Assembly (NCBI GenBank): GCA_963812115.1
Contig: CAWEUD010000041.1
Span: 1,895 to 65,894 of the forward strand
Direction: 5' to 3'
From: an uncultured Chloroflexia bacterium
GTDB taxonomy: Bacteria > Chloroflexota > Limnocylindria > QHBO01
DNA: 64,000 bases
Part shown: piece after piece, positions 52,556 to 64,000 of the stretch
Numbering within the stretch: position 1 is the stretch's first letter
How the letters are laid out: each line of letters starts with the position of its first letter
Translations under genes and position numbers: made by a program
Notes under the pieces: generated by a model
Seen by the model: the letters and a program-made list of their open reading frames with translations, nothing else
Databases searched by the model: none
What the model was told of the DNA's origin: nothing

Positions 52556-52586
52556 TCGTCGTTCATCTAATTAGACAAACGACAAA
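52555..52586. promoter_or_regulatory. Imperfect 16+16-nt palindrome at the start of the ArsR/SdpR gene (candidate operator)
   Basis: TTCGTCGTTCATCTAA|TTAGACAAACGACAAA, arms matching 13/16. It is the most AT-rich patch in the window and its first base overlaps the last base of the repressor start codon. Confidence 0.5.
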
Positions 52587-52626
52587 ATACATCATCCGTC
52601 ACGGCGGCGCAAGCACCCTGGCCGGC

Positions 52627-52632
52627 TATAAT
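52627..52632 (+). promoter_or_regulatory. Candidate -10 box TATAAT for acnA
   Basis: ggcTATAATtgg lies about 105 nt upstream of the SD-linked GTG 52737. The 5' UTR holds hairpin ggacggg-cgca-cccgtcc (52652-52669) flanked by perfect direct repeats AACTCGACC (52641-52649, 52677-52685). Confidence 0.4.
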
Positions 52633-52736
52633 TGGCGGACAACTCGACCCGGGACGGGCGCACCCGTCCGGCGCCGAACTCGACCGACACTCGCGCTCGC
52701 GGCAGGGCGCGGATGACAACGAAGGAGGCGCGTCCC

Positions 52737-55613
<2,877 letters not shown>

Positions 55614-55617
55614 GCCC

Positions 55618-56010
55618 GTGACTCCGCACCTCGATGCCATCGGCCTGGTGGTGGCCGACATGGCCCGCTCCCTCGCTTTCTATCGCGGTCTCGGGCTCGA
55701 GATCCCAGCCGAGGCCGATGGCGAGGGGCACGTGAGCCTGGAGCTGCCCACCGGGCTGCGACTCATGTGGGACACCATCGAGACCGTTCGCTCCTTCGAT
55801 CCGGGATGGACCCCACCGCAGGGGGGACCGGGCACCAGCCTGGCGTTCCTCTGCGACACCCCGGCCGAGGTGGACCGGGCGTACGCCGATCTGGTCGCGG
55901 CCGGCTTCACCGGGCACCGTGAGCCGTGGGACGCGTTTTGGGGCCAACGCTACGCCACGCTGCGCGACCCGGACGGCAACGGGATCGACCTCTTCGCTGC
56001 CCTCTCGTAG
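55618..56010 (+). CDS. VOC-family (glyoxalase/bleomycin resistance) protein
   Basis: LDAIGLVVADMARSLAFYRGLGLE.., WGQRYATLRDPDGNGIDLF. Confidence 0.8.
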   Translation: MTPHLDAIGLVVADMARSLAFYRGLGLEIPAEADGEGHVSLELPTGLRLMWDTIETVRSFDPGWTPPQGGPGTSLAFLCDTPAEVDRAYADLVAAGFTGHREPWDAFWGQRYATLRDPDGNGIDLFAALS

Positions 56011-56102
56011 GCAGTGCTCGGGCCCGCCGATCCATTGCCGGCCCGCAGGCATCGGTCTAGACTCCAGCTTCGCCCAACGCCAGCCTGCAACGGGAGTGAC
56101 CC

Positions 56103-56633
56103 GTGACCGTCAGCTCCATCGACGATCTGCGCGCCAAGATCCGCGAGATCCCCGACTTCCCGAAGCCGGGGATCCTGTTCTACGACATCACCACCCTCCT
56201 CAAGGAGCCCGATGCCTTCGCCGCCGTCATCGACCGCATGGCCGATGCGGTGAAGGACGATCGCATCGACCTGGTGGTGGGCATGGAATCGCGCGGGTTC
56301 ATCTTCGCGGCGCCCCTCGCCTACAAGCTGAACGCCGGGTTCGTCCCGGTTCGCAAGCTCGGGAAGCTGCCGGCCGAGACGATCGAGGTCGAGTACGACC
56401 TCGAGTACGGCACCGCCACCCTGGAGATGCACCGCGACGCCATCCAGGCCGGCCAGCGCGTCCTGCTGGTGGACGACCTGCTGGCCACGGGCGGCACGGT
56501 GCTGGGCACGATCGAGCTGGTTCGCCAGCTGGGGGGCGAGATCGCCGGGCTCTCGTTCATGGTCGAGCTCAGCGCCCTCAAGGGTCGCGACAAGCTGACC
56601 GAACACCAGATCCATACGCTGCTCACCTACTGA
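56103..56633 (+). CDS. apt: Adenine phosphoribosyltransferase
   Basis: [22 protein letters not shown] motif [19 protein letters not shown] (56058-56063) and GGGAG upstream. Confidence 0.93.
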   Translation: MTVSSIDDLRAKIREIPDFPKPGILFYDITTLLKEPDAFAAVIDRMADAVKDDRIDLVVGMESRGFIFAAPLAYKLNAGFVPVRKLGKLPAETIEVEYDLEYGTATLEMHRDAIQAGQRVLLVDDLLATGGTVLGTIELVRQLGGEIAGLSFMVELSALKGRDKLTEHQIHTLLTY

Positions 56634-56661
56634 GCGCGAGCGGACGGACGAGGCACGATAG

Positions 56662-57522
56662 ATGGCGGTGCTGCGGAGAGCGGACCTCTACGCGCGGGCC
56701 GTCTCCGACCGCGACGAGATTGCCGCCTACCTTCGCACCGACCGCATCTACGCCGCCTACACCCTGGGCGACCTCGACGGGCCGAACCGACATCGCTGCA
56801 GCTGGGGCATCGCGTATGACGACCTCGGCCGCCCGGTCGCGCTGGCGATGCACCAGGAGGGGCTCGTCCCGCAGCCGCTCTTCCTGATGGGCGATCCCGC
56901 CGGCTGCCGCGAGATCCTCGACAGCGTGATCCGGCCGCGCGACGCCTACTTCATGGGAACGTCGGCGATCGACGAGGCGCTCACCGACCTCTACGAGCTC
57001 GATGCCCCGCAGCTCCTGTTGCGCATGGCGGTCGACGCGTCGAGCTTCCGGCCCTTCGCCGGCGGCGCGGAACGGCTCGTCGGCGCCGACATCGATGACC
57101 TCAACCAGCTCTACCAGCTCGGCTTCCGCGGCGGCTTCCCGGCATCGGTCCTCGAGGACGGCGTCTACTACGGCGTGCGCGTCGGCGGCCGGCTGGTGAG
57201 CGCGGCGGGCACACATGCCATCAACCTGCGCGAGCGGATCGCGGTGGTCGGCAACGTCATGACCCACGCCGACTACCGCGGCCACGACTTCGCCAAGATG
57301 GTGACGAGCGCCGTGACCGCAGAGCTGCTGCAGCGCGTCGACGACGTCGCGCTCAACGTCCATGCCGGGAACGACCCCGCGGTGGCGGCCTACCGCCGGC
57401 TGGGCTACGTTGACACCGACCTCCTCACCGAGCGGCTCGGGCGGCGCCGCGCCGGCGGCTGGGGATTGATGAGACCGATACGAGAGGCGATACGACTGCC
57501 GTGGCAACGCGACCAGAGGTGA
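56662..57522 (+). CDS. GNAT-family N-acetyltransferase (two-domain, FR47-like C-terminus)
   Basis: C-terminal acetyl-CoA fold: [45 protein letters not shown]. Confidence 0.65.
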   Translation: MAVLRRADLYARAVSDRDEIAAYLRTDRIYAAYTLGDLDGPNRHRCSWGIAYDDLGRPVALAMHQEGLVPQPLFLMGDPAGCREILDSVIRPRDAYFMGTSAIDEALTDLYELDAPQLLLRMAVDASSFRPFAGGAERLVGADIDDLNQLYQLGFRGGFPASVLEDGVYYGVRVGGRLVSAAGTHAINLRERIAVVGNVMTHADYRGHDFAKMVTSAVTAELLQRVDDVALNVHAGNDPAVAAYRRLGYVDTDLLTERLGRRRAGGWGLMRPIREAIRLPWQRDQR

Positions 57523-58775
57523 GAGGCGACATCGCGGACATCGGCCAGGCCGATGCCGGCGCCCTGAAGATCGATTGGGCCGACCGGCAGATGCCGGTGC
57601 TGGCCGGCATCCGTGAACGGTTCCGGGCCGAGCGGCCGCTGGAGGGCTGGCGCATCAGTGCCTGCCTGCACGTCACTGCCGAGACGGCCAACCTGATGCG
57701 GACGCTGGCGGCGGGCGGTGCCGATGTGGTCCTCTGCTCCTCGAACCCACTCTCCACCCAGGACGACGTCGCCGCCTCGCTGATGGCCCACCACGGCATC
57801 CCGACGTACGCCATCAAGGGCGAGGACCGGGACTCCTACTACGCTCACATCGGCGCCGCGCTCGATCACCGGCCGCAGGTCACCATGGACGACGGGGCGG
57901 ACCTCGTGAACGAGCTCCACAGCCGCCGCACCGAGCTGCTTGAGGGCGTCGTCGGCGGGACGGAGGAGACGACCACCGGCGTCATCCGGCTGCGGGCCAT
58001 GGCCAGGGCCGGGAAGCTCGCGTACCCGATCGTCGCGGTCAACGAGGCGCTCACCAAGCACCTCTTCGACAACCGCTACGGCACGGGCCAGAGCGCCATC
58101 GACGGCATCCTGCGCGCGACGAACATCCTCTTCGCGGGCAAGACCGTCGTGGTGGGCGGCTACGGCTGGGTCGGGCGCGGGATCGCCACCCGTGCGCACG
58201 GGATGGGCGCCAACGTGGTGGTCGTCGAGGTTGATCCGGTGCGGGCCCTGGAGGCTGCCATGGACGGCTACCGCGTCATGGACGCCCTGCAGGCGGCCCG
58301 CATCGGCGAGGTCTTCATCAGCGCCACCGGCAACCTGAACGTGTGGGGCGGGCTGCACTTCCCCGAGATGCGCGACGGGGCGATCCTGGCCAACGCGGGT
58401 CACTTCAACGACGAGTTCGAGCTCGGCGCGCTCGAGGAGCAGGCTGCCTCCTCGCGCGAGGTCCGGCCCTTCACCCGCGAATACCTGATGCCCGACGGGC
58501 GGTGCCTCTACGTCCTGGCCGATGGCCGCCTGGTGAACCTCGGCGCGGCCGAGGGACATCCGGCCCTGGTGATGGACATGAGCTTCGCCAACCAGGCGCT
58601 CGGGCTGGAGTGGCTGCGGGCCAACGTGGACGGGCTCGGGCCGAAGGTCTACGGCATTCCCGACGAGATCGACCGTGACGTGGCTCGCCTGAAGCTGGCC
58701 AGCATGGGGATGCAGATCGGCGAGTGGACGCCCGAGCAGGCCGCCTACGCCGATTCCTGGGAGTCGGGCACCTGA
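57501..58775 (+). CDS. ahcY: Adenosylhomocysteinase
   Basis: MPVL..RERF, TNLMRTL, EETTTGV, NAD fold [20 protein letters not shown]. Start GTG 57501 or GTG 57519; both overlap the GNAT 3' end. Confidence 0.93.
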   Translation: MATRPEVRGDIADIGQADAGALKIDWADRQMPVLAGIRERFRAERPLEGWRISACLHVTAETANLMRTLAAGGADVVLCSSNPLSTQDDVAASLMAHHGIPTYAIKGEDRDSYYAHIGAALDHRPQVTMDDGADLVNELHSRRTELLEGVVGGTEETTTGVIRLRAMARAGKLAYPIVAVNEALTKHLFDNRYGTGQSAIDGILRATNILFAGKTVVVGGYGWVGRGIATRAHGMGANVVVVEVDPVRALEAAMDGYRVMDALQAARIGEVFISATGNLNVWGGLHFPEMRDGAILANAGHFNDEFELGALEEQAASSREVRPFTREYLMPDGRCLYVLADGRLVNLGAAEGHPALVMDMSFANQALGLEWLRANVDGLGPKVYGIPDEIDRDVARLKLASMGMQIGEWTPEQAAYADSWESGT

Positions 58776-58776
58776 C

Positions 58777-60162
58777 CTAGCCGCCGATCGGTTCGTCGCG
58801 CGAGGTCTCGAGCACCGCTCCGGCCGCGCCGACCAGCAGCGGCCGTCCATGCAGCGGCTCGGCAGGCAGGCTGCGCAGCGAACGAGCCGGCGAGAACCAG
58901 AGCGCGGCGGCGGCGAGCAGCGCACCGGCCGGCGCAACGAAGAGCGCTGCGCGCAGCCCAACCGCCTCGGCCAGCACCCCGCCGGCAATGGTTGCCACCA
59001 GCTGCGCCATCACCGCGGCGACGCGGAAGGACGACGCGACGCGACCGAGCGCGCGGTCGTGCACGAACGATTGACGCACGGATGTCTCGGTGACGTCGTA
59101 GAGGGTGATGGCGCTGTCCCCGACGAGCTGCTGCGTGACGAGGAAGGCAACCGCGAGCAGGGGAGCGCCGGCCGGGGCAAGGGGAATCAGCATGTTGCCG
59201 GCGAATGCCAGCAGCATCGTGAAGATCGCGACCCGGCCAACGCCCCACCGCGCGGTCGAGCGCTCGGCGACGACCGCACCGCCGAATGAGGCGATGCCGC
59301 CGACGGCGGCAATCAGGCCGATGGCCGCGGGGCTCAGCGCCAGCTCGCGGGTGGCGAAGAGCAGCCACACGGCCCCCACGACGCCCCACAGGGCCGATTG
59401 AGCCATCTGCGCGAGCGCGAAGGCCCGCAGCGTCGGGTCGCGGAAGGTGATGCCCAGCCCGGCGCGGATCTCGGTCAGCACCGCCGCGCGCTGCTCGCGC
59501 GCCGGTGGCTCCGACTCCGGCCTCCGGATGCTGAGGAGCAGGAGGGCCGAGACCGCGAAGCTGATCGCATCCACGAGGATTGCGATCGGCGCCGTGAGGA
59601 CCTGGATCAGGAATCCGCTGAGGCCGAAGCCCGCGAACTCGGCCGCGGATCCGCTTGCCTCCAGCGCGCCGTTGGCGCGTACCAGCTGCTCCCGTTCCAC
59701 CACGGACGGCAGGTAGGCGTTGTCAGCCGAATCGCCGAACGTGGCCAGGGTCGCCGTGGCGGCCGCCACCACGAAGAGCTGGGGCAGCCCGAGCACGCCC
59801 AGGACGAACGCGGCCGGGACCGATGCCAGGACCAGCGCACTGAGCACGTCCGACCAGATGAGGATGGGACGGCGACGGAGGCGATCCACCCAGACGCCGG
59901 CGAAGAGCCCCACCACGAGCGCCGCGGCCAGGTCCACCGAGCGCAGGATCGCCACCTCGACCGGGCCGGCTTCGAGCGCCAGGATGGCCACGAACGGCAG
60001 GGCCAGGCGCGTGACGAGGGATCCGAATATCGAGACCGTCCGGCCTGACCAGAATCGAACGAACGCGCCGTTCCGCCAGAGGCCCGGGGTGGATGCCTGC
60101 ACGACGACCGAGGATACGCTCCCGGGAGGCCACCGCCGGAGGCAGACTGCGGCGCGGTACAC
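58777..60162 (-). CDS. MFS transporter (EntS/MFS_3-like)
   Basis: 12-helix profile. [26 protein letters not shown].., [13 protein letters not shown]. The true start may be an internal GTG (about 60105), because 60162 lies 8 nt from the metK ATG. Confidence 0.8.
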   Translation of the reverse strand: MYRAAVCLRRWPPGSVSSVVVQASTPGLWRNGAFVRFWSGRTVSIFGSLVTRLALPFVAILALEAGPVEVAILRSVDLAAALVVGLFAGVWVDRLRRRPILIWSDVLSALVLASVPAAFVLGVLGLPQLFVVAAATATLATFGDSADNAYLPSVVEREQLVRANGALEASGSAAEFAGFGLSGFLIQVLTAPIAILVDAISFAVSALLLLSIRRPESEPPAREQRAAVLTEIRAGLGITFRDPTLRAFALAQMAQSALWGVVGAVWLLFATRELALSPAAIGLIAAVGGIASFGGAVVAERSTARWGVGRVAIFTMLLAFAGNMLIPLAPAGAPLLAVAFLVTQQLVGDSAITLYDVTETSVRQSFVHDRALGRVASSFRVAAVMAQLVATIAGGVLAEAVGLRAALFVAPAGALLAAAALWFSPARSLRSLPAEPLHGRPLLVGAAGAVLETSRDEPIGG

Positions 60163-60170
60163 TCGCCGGC

Positions 60171-61370
60171 ATGGCAGACGCCGAGATCCGCATCCCCTTC
60201 ACCTCCGAATCGGTCACGGAGGGACACCCCGACAAGCTGTGCGACGCGGTGGCGGATGCCATTCTCGACGACGTCCTGGCCAGGGACGCCACGGCGCGCG
60301 TGGCGGTCGAGGTGACGGCCACCACGGGCCTGGTCCTGGTGCTGGGGGAGATGACCACCCAGGCGTACTGCGACGTGCAGACGGTGGTGCGCGAGACCGT
60401 CCGCGAGATCGGCTACAACGACAGCCGCCTCGGCTTCGACTGGGAGACGTGCGGGACGCTGACCGCCATCAAGGAGCAGTCGCCGGACATCGCCCGGGGC
60501 GTGGACCACGCGCTCGAGGCGCGCGAGGGTCTGGACCCCGATGAGCTGGGTGCCGGCGACCAGGGGATGATGTTCGGGTACGCGGTGAACGAGACGCCGG
60601 AGCTGATGCCGATGCCGATCCAGCTCGCCCACCAGGTCGCGCGGCGGCTGTCCCAGGTGCGCAAGTCCCGGGCGCTGCCCTTCCTGCGCCCCGACGGCAA
60701 GAGCCAGGTCACCGTCGAGTACGGTGCCGACGGGCTGCCCGTGCGGGTCAGCACCGTCCTGGTCAGCACCCAGCACGACCCGGACGTCGCCCCGCGCGAC
60801 CTGGAGCAGGCGGTGCGCGACGTCGTCATCCGGGAGGCGATTCCGGCGGAGCTGCTCGATGAGCACACCCGGTTCCTCGTCAACCCTACCGGCCGCTTCG
60901 TGATCGGCGGACCGATGGGAGACTCGGGCCTCTCGGGCCGCAAGATCATCGTCGACACCTACGGAGGCATGGCGCGCCACGGCGGCGGCAGCTTCTCCGG
61001 CAAGGATCCGACCAAGGTCGACCGCTCGGCGGCCTACATGGCGCGCTACGTGGCCAAGAACGTCGTCGCCGCCGGGCTGGCGCATCGATGCGAACTGCAG
61101 GTCGCGTATGCCATCGGCGTGGCGCGCCCGCTCTCCGTCAACATCGACACGTTCGGCACGGGGCGCTTGCCGGACGAGCGGATCGTGGCCCTCATCGAGG
61201 AGCTGTTCGACCTGCGCCCGGGCGCGATCATCGAGACGCTGCAGCTGCGCCGCCCCATCTACCGCCAGACGGCCGCCTACGGACACTTCGGGCGCAGCGA
61301 CCTCGATCTGCCCTGGGAGCGCGTGGACCGGGCGCCGGTCCTGCGCGACGCGGCCGGCCTGCGCGACTAG
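60171..61370 (+). CDS. metK: S-adenosylmethionine synthetase
   Basis: ATG 60171. [50 protein letters not shown] (60157-60162) lies 8 nt upstream. Confidence 0.95.
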   Translation: MADAEIRIPFTSESVTEGHPDKLCDAVADAILDDVLARDATARVAVEVTATTGLVLVLGEMTTQAYCDVQTVVRETVREIGYNDSRLGFDWETCGTLTAIKEQSPDIARGVDHALEAREGLDPDELGAGDQGMMFGYAVNETPELMPMPIQLAHQVARRLSQVRKSRALPFLRPDGKSQVTVEYGADGLPVRVSTVLVSTQHDPDVAPRDLEQAVRDVVIREAIPAELLDEHTRFLVNPTGRFVIGGPMGDSGLSGRKIIVDTYGGMARHGGGSFSGKDPTKVDRSAAYMARYVAKNVVAAGLAHRCELQVAYAIGVARPLSVNIDTFGTGRLPDERIVALIEELFDLRPGAIIETLQLRRPIYRQTAAYGHFGRSDLDLPWERVDRAPVLRDAAGLRD

Positions 61371-61372
61371 CC

Positions 61373-61993
61373 GTGGCGAGCGACTCCCCGGCCGGCGGGG
61401 CGCCGCGCTGGGGTCCACCCCGGCCGAACCCGATCGCTCGGCTGGCGGGAAGGGTCCGCGCCGTGGTCGGCTCCGATCGCGAGGTGGCGCCCGGCGTCCT
61501 GGCCGAGCTCCCGGTCGCCCTCCGTCGCAGCGAGCTGGCCGCCCCCTACCTCGAGGCCGATGCGGCACGTGACCACGCGCGGGCCGGCGCCGCCGCCACC
61601 GCCGCCATGCAGCGCTCCGTTGAGGAGGCGCAGTGGTGGCCGGCCGACATGTGGGGACACCGCGCGCTGTGGCACTTCGAGCAGGAGGGCATGCAGCTCG
61701 CCGCCACCCGCGCGGCAAGGCTCATCGGCGAGGTTCGCGTCGCGGGAGGCGATCCCTCCAGCGCTCGCCGATACTATGCCGAGGCGATCAGCGAGGCGCG
61801 CGACATCGGCGCCGAGCGCGAGGAGGGGTTGGCTGCCCTCGGATTGGGGCGCGCCCACCTCCAGCTCGGCGAGGTGACGACTGCGCGACGCCTTGCCCAG
61901 ATCGCGATCGACCTGCTCGAGCGCTGCGGGGCCCCGGCCGCCGAGGTCTCTGCCGCGCGAGAGCTGCGAGGCGAGGAGAAGGAGGCCAAATGA
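61373..61993 (+). CDS. Hypothetical protein with a TPR-like C-terminal half
   Basis: GTG lies 2 nt after the metK stop, and its own stop overlaps the proC ATG (ATGA). ..SSARRYYAEAISEARDIGAEREEGLAALGLGRAHLQLGEVTTARRLAQIAIDLLERCG.. Start uncertain. Confidence 0.45.
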   Translation: MASDSPAGGAPRWGPPRPNPIARLAGRVRAVVGSDREVAPGVLAELPVALRRSELAAPYLEADAARDHARAGAAATAAMQRSVEEAQWWPADMWGHRALWHFEQEGMQLAATRAARLIGEVRVAGGDPSSARRYYAEAISEARDIGAEREEGLAALGLGRAHLQLGEVTTARRLAQIAIDLLERCGAPAAEVSAARELRGEEKEAK

Positions 61994-62832
61994 CGGCGAG
62001 GTCCGAGATGCGGGTCGCGATCGTGGGGGCCGGCGTGATGGCGGAGGCCATGATCACTGGCCTCCTCGCCGATCACGCCCTGAGCGCCGCGCAGCTGACC
62101 GCCTCGCACCCGCGCCGCGAGCGTCGCGACGCCCTCGCTCGGGACCATGGGATCGGCGTGGCCGCCGGGAACGCCGAGGCGGTGCAGGGCGCCGACATCG
62201 TGGTGCTTGCCGTCAAGCCGCAGATGCTTGCCCGGGTCATGCGCGAAGTCGGGCCGGCGCTTGCCGAGGGCCAGGTCGTCCTGTCGATCGTGGCGGGCGC
62301 GACGCTCCGCACGTTGAGCGTGGGCCTCAACCACCCCGCGGTGGTGCGCGCCATGCCCAACACGCCGTCGCAGATCAGGCGCGGCATCACGGTATGGGCG
62401 CCGTCGCCGGCCTGCACCGCCGACCAGCGCGACCTGGCGCGCAGGGCCCTGCGCGCCATCGGCTCCGAGAAGGAGGTTGCGGACGAGTCCTTCGTGGCCA
62501 TGGCCACCGCCCTGTCCGGGACCGGCCCGACCTACCTCTTCGCGGTCATGGAGGCGCTGATCGACGCCGGCGTCCACATGGGCTTCCCGCGTGAGCTGGC
62601 GCACGACCTCGTGGTGGAGACGCTCATCGGCTCGGCCGAATACGCGGCCAGGTCGGAGCTGCACCCCGCCCAGCTGCGGAACCTCGTCACGTCGCCCGGG
62701 GGCACGTCGGCTGCCGCGATCTACGAGCTGGAGAAGGGACGGATCCGGACCGTCTTCTCGGACGCCGTATGGGCAGCATACCGGCGCACGCTGGAGCTCG
62801 GCGAACGGCTCGAGAACGAAACGGGCGGCTGA
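61990..62832 (+). CDS. proC: Pyrroline-5-carboxylate reductase
   Basis: VAIVGAGVMAEAM, VVLAVKPQ, VRAMPNTP, VTSPGGTSAAAI. Confidence 0.92.
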   Translation: MTARSEMRVAIVGAGVMAEAMITGLLADHALSAAQLTASHPRRERRDALARDHGIGVAAGNAEAVQGADIVVLAVKPQMLARVMREVGPALAEGQVVLSIVAGATLRTLSVGLNHPAVVRAMPNTPSQIRRGITVWAPSPACTADQRDLARRALRAIGSEKEVADESFVAMATALSGTGPTYLFAVMEALIDAGVHMGFPRELAHDLVVETLIGSAEYAARSELHPAQLRNLVTSPGGTSAAAIYELEKGRIRTVFSDAVWAAYRRTLELGERLENETGG

Positions 62833-62899
62833 GCGGTCGCGCCTGGAAAGAGGCGCACGCGCGAGCCGCTCCGGTGCCGAGGGTGGTAGCGTCTCCCTG

Positions 62900-63970
62900 A
62901 TGTTCGCGATCGTCATGGCCGGCGGAGTCGGCTCCCGGCTCTGGCCGCTGTCCCGGCGCAAGTCACCCAAGCAGCTACTGGCGCTGACCGGCGAGACGAG
63001 CCTGCTGCAGCAGACGGTCACCCGCCTGGGGACGCTGCTGAAGCCCCATGACATCTACGTCATCACCAGCCAGGCGCACGTGCGCGCCACCCAGGAGCAG
63101 CTCCCGCAGCTGCCCGCGGACAACGTGCTGGGCGAGCCGCTGGCGCGCTCCACCGCCGTCGCGGCCGCCCTGGCAACGGTGCTGGCCCGACGAGAGTCCG
63201 ACGAGGTGGCGCTGGTCCTGCCGGCGGACCACTACGTCGAGCATGAGCCCGCGTTCGCCGACGCGATGCGCGAGGCCGTCCGGGTCGCGGAACGCGGCTA
63301 CATCGTGACCCTGGGCGTCGTGCCGAAGCACCCGGCCACGGGGTACGGCTACGTCAAGGTCGGGGAACGGTTCCACCCGTCATCGAGCGCCGCGCTCGTC
63401 GAGCGCTTCGTCGAGAAGCCGGACGCGGAGCGGGCGCAGGTATTCCTGGACGAGGGCGGCTACCTCTGGAACGCGGGGATCTTCCTGTGGCGCGTGTACG
63501 CCTTCCGCCAGGCCATGGAGCGCTTCCGACCGGAGCTCGCCCAGGCGATGGACCGCATCGCGGCGCTGCATCGCACCCCGGGGTGGATGAGCGACGTGCG
63601 CGAGATCCTGGAACCGATACCGGCCATCACCATCGACACCGGGATTGCCGAGCCTGCGGCCGCCGAGGGGCGGGTTGCCGTCGTGCCGCTCGACGCCGGC
63701 TGGAGCGACATCGGCTCGTGGTCGGCGCTGCTGGAGGCGCTCTCGGCAGAGAGCGGCGACAGCCTCGTCGCTTCCGGCCGTCACCTCGACCGCGATTCGC
63801 GCAACGTGCTCGTGCACGGCGGCGAGCGCCTGATCGTGACCGTTGGCCTCGAGGACGTGATCATCGTCGATACGCCCGATGCGCTGCTGGTCTGCGCCAG
63901 CGACCGCGCCGAGGAGATCAAGCCCGTGCTGGACGAGATCGCCGAGAAGGCCGGCGAGTCCTACCTGTAG
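62900..63970 (+). CDS. Mannose-1-phosphate guanylyltransferase (NTP-transferase domain only)
   Basis: IVMAGGVGSRLWPLSR..PKQLL, VLPADH, GYGY, FVEKPD, LWNAGIFLW, GWSDIGSW. TAGCGT (62887-62892) lies 7 nt upstream of the ATG. Confidence 0.88.
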   Translation: MFAIVMAGGVGSRLWPLSRRKSPKQLLALTGETSLLQQTVTRLGTLLKPHDIYVITSQAHVRATQEQLPQLPADNVLGEPLARSTAVAAALATVLARRESDEVALVLPADHYVEHEPAFADAMREAVRVAERGYIVTLGVVPKHPATGYGYVKVGERFHPSSSAALVERFVEKPDAERAQVFLDEGGYLWNAGIFLWRVYAFRQAMERFRPELAQAMDRIAALHRTPGWMSDVREILEPIPAITIDTGIAEPAAAEGRVAVVPLDAGWSDIGSWSALLEALSAESGDSLVASGRHLDRDSRNVLVHGGERLIVTVGLEDVIIVDTPDALLVCASDRAEEIKPVLDEIAEKAGESYL

Positions 63971-64000
63971 CTGGACCGATGGACGAGCCACCCATCGGTC

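Noticed and set aside
52713-52736. ATG 52713 as the acnA start
   Set aside because: The in-frame GTG 52737 sits 8 nt downstream of a perfect GAAGGAGG, whereas ATG 52713 has no SD. Both remain possible, and the difference is 8 codons.
60100-60175. SAM riboswitch upstream of metK and SAH riboswitch upstream of ahcY (57400-57520)
   Set aside because: Only 8 nt of non-ORF sequence precede metK, and ahcY overlaps the GNAT gene. I saw none of the conserved riboswitch cores, though I could not run a covariance model.

Overview
Very GC-rich (by eye about two-thirds to 70% G+C) bacterial chromosomal segment, densely packed with about 58 protein-coding genes, mostly core housekeeping functions. Recognisable blocks: (i) tandem PAP2 paralogues, a DUF4349 lipoprotein, bioY and carAB; (ii) a surface protein with a lamin-tail domain and OB-like modules; (iii) a glycolytic cluster, ROK kinase-gap-pgk-eno; (iv) a long Bacillus-like syntenic backbone, rpsT ... 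lepA-hemW-hrcA-grpE-dnaK ... dnaJ-prmA-rsmE-HIT-rpsU-yqeY-pgpH-ybeY, interrupted by inserted genes; (v) pth-mfd; (vi) an SdpR-SdpI-PLDc_N-ABC operon; (vii) acnA, apt, ahcY, metK, proC and a mannose-1-P guanylyltransferase. Two CIRCE operators, several sigma-70-type promoters (recurrent TAGACT/TANNNT -10 boxes) and several apparently leaderless starts are visible. I found no rRNA, tRNA, CRISPR array, transposase, integrase or obvious prophage or defence island, so most of the window is ordinary core genome. The most striking global property is about 13 single-base frame disruptions. They hit essential genes (carB, eno, dnaK, mfd), so most are probably consensus errors. A cluster of four in the ycaQ-like gene looks like real decay. 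Candidates for something less ordinary: a cyclase-STAND-TPR protein inserted into the lepA-hemW junction; a membrane-anchored sigma-like protein coupled to an FAD oxidase; a 4.5-kb insertion that splits the HrcA regulon and carries about 390 nt of unassigned repeat- and hairpin-rich noncoding sequence; and an orphan SdpR/SdpI/ABC module. None can be called a new system from sequence inspection alone. All family assignments rest on motif recognition by eye, not on database searches.
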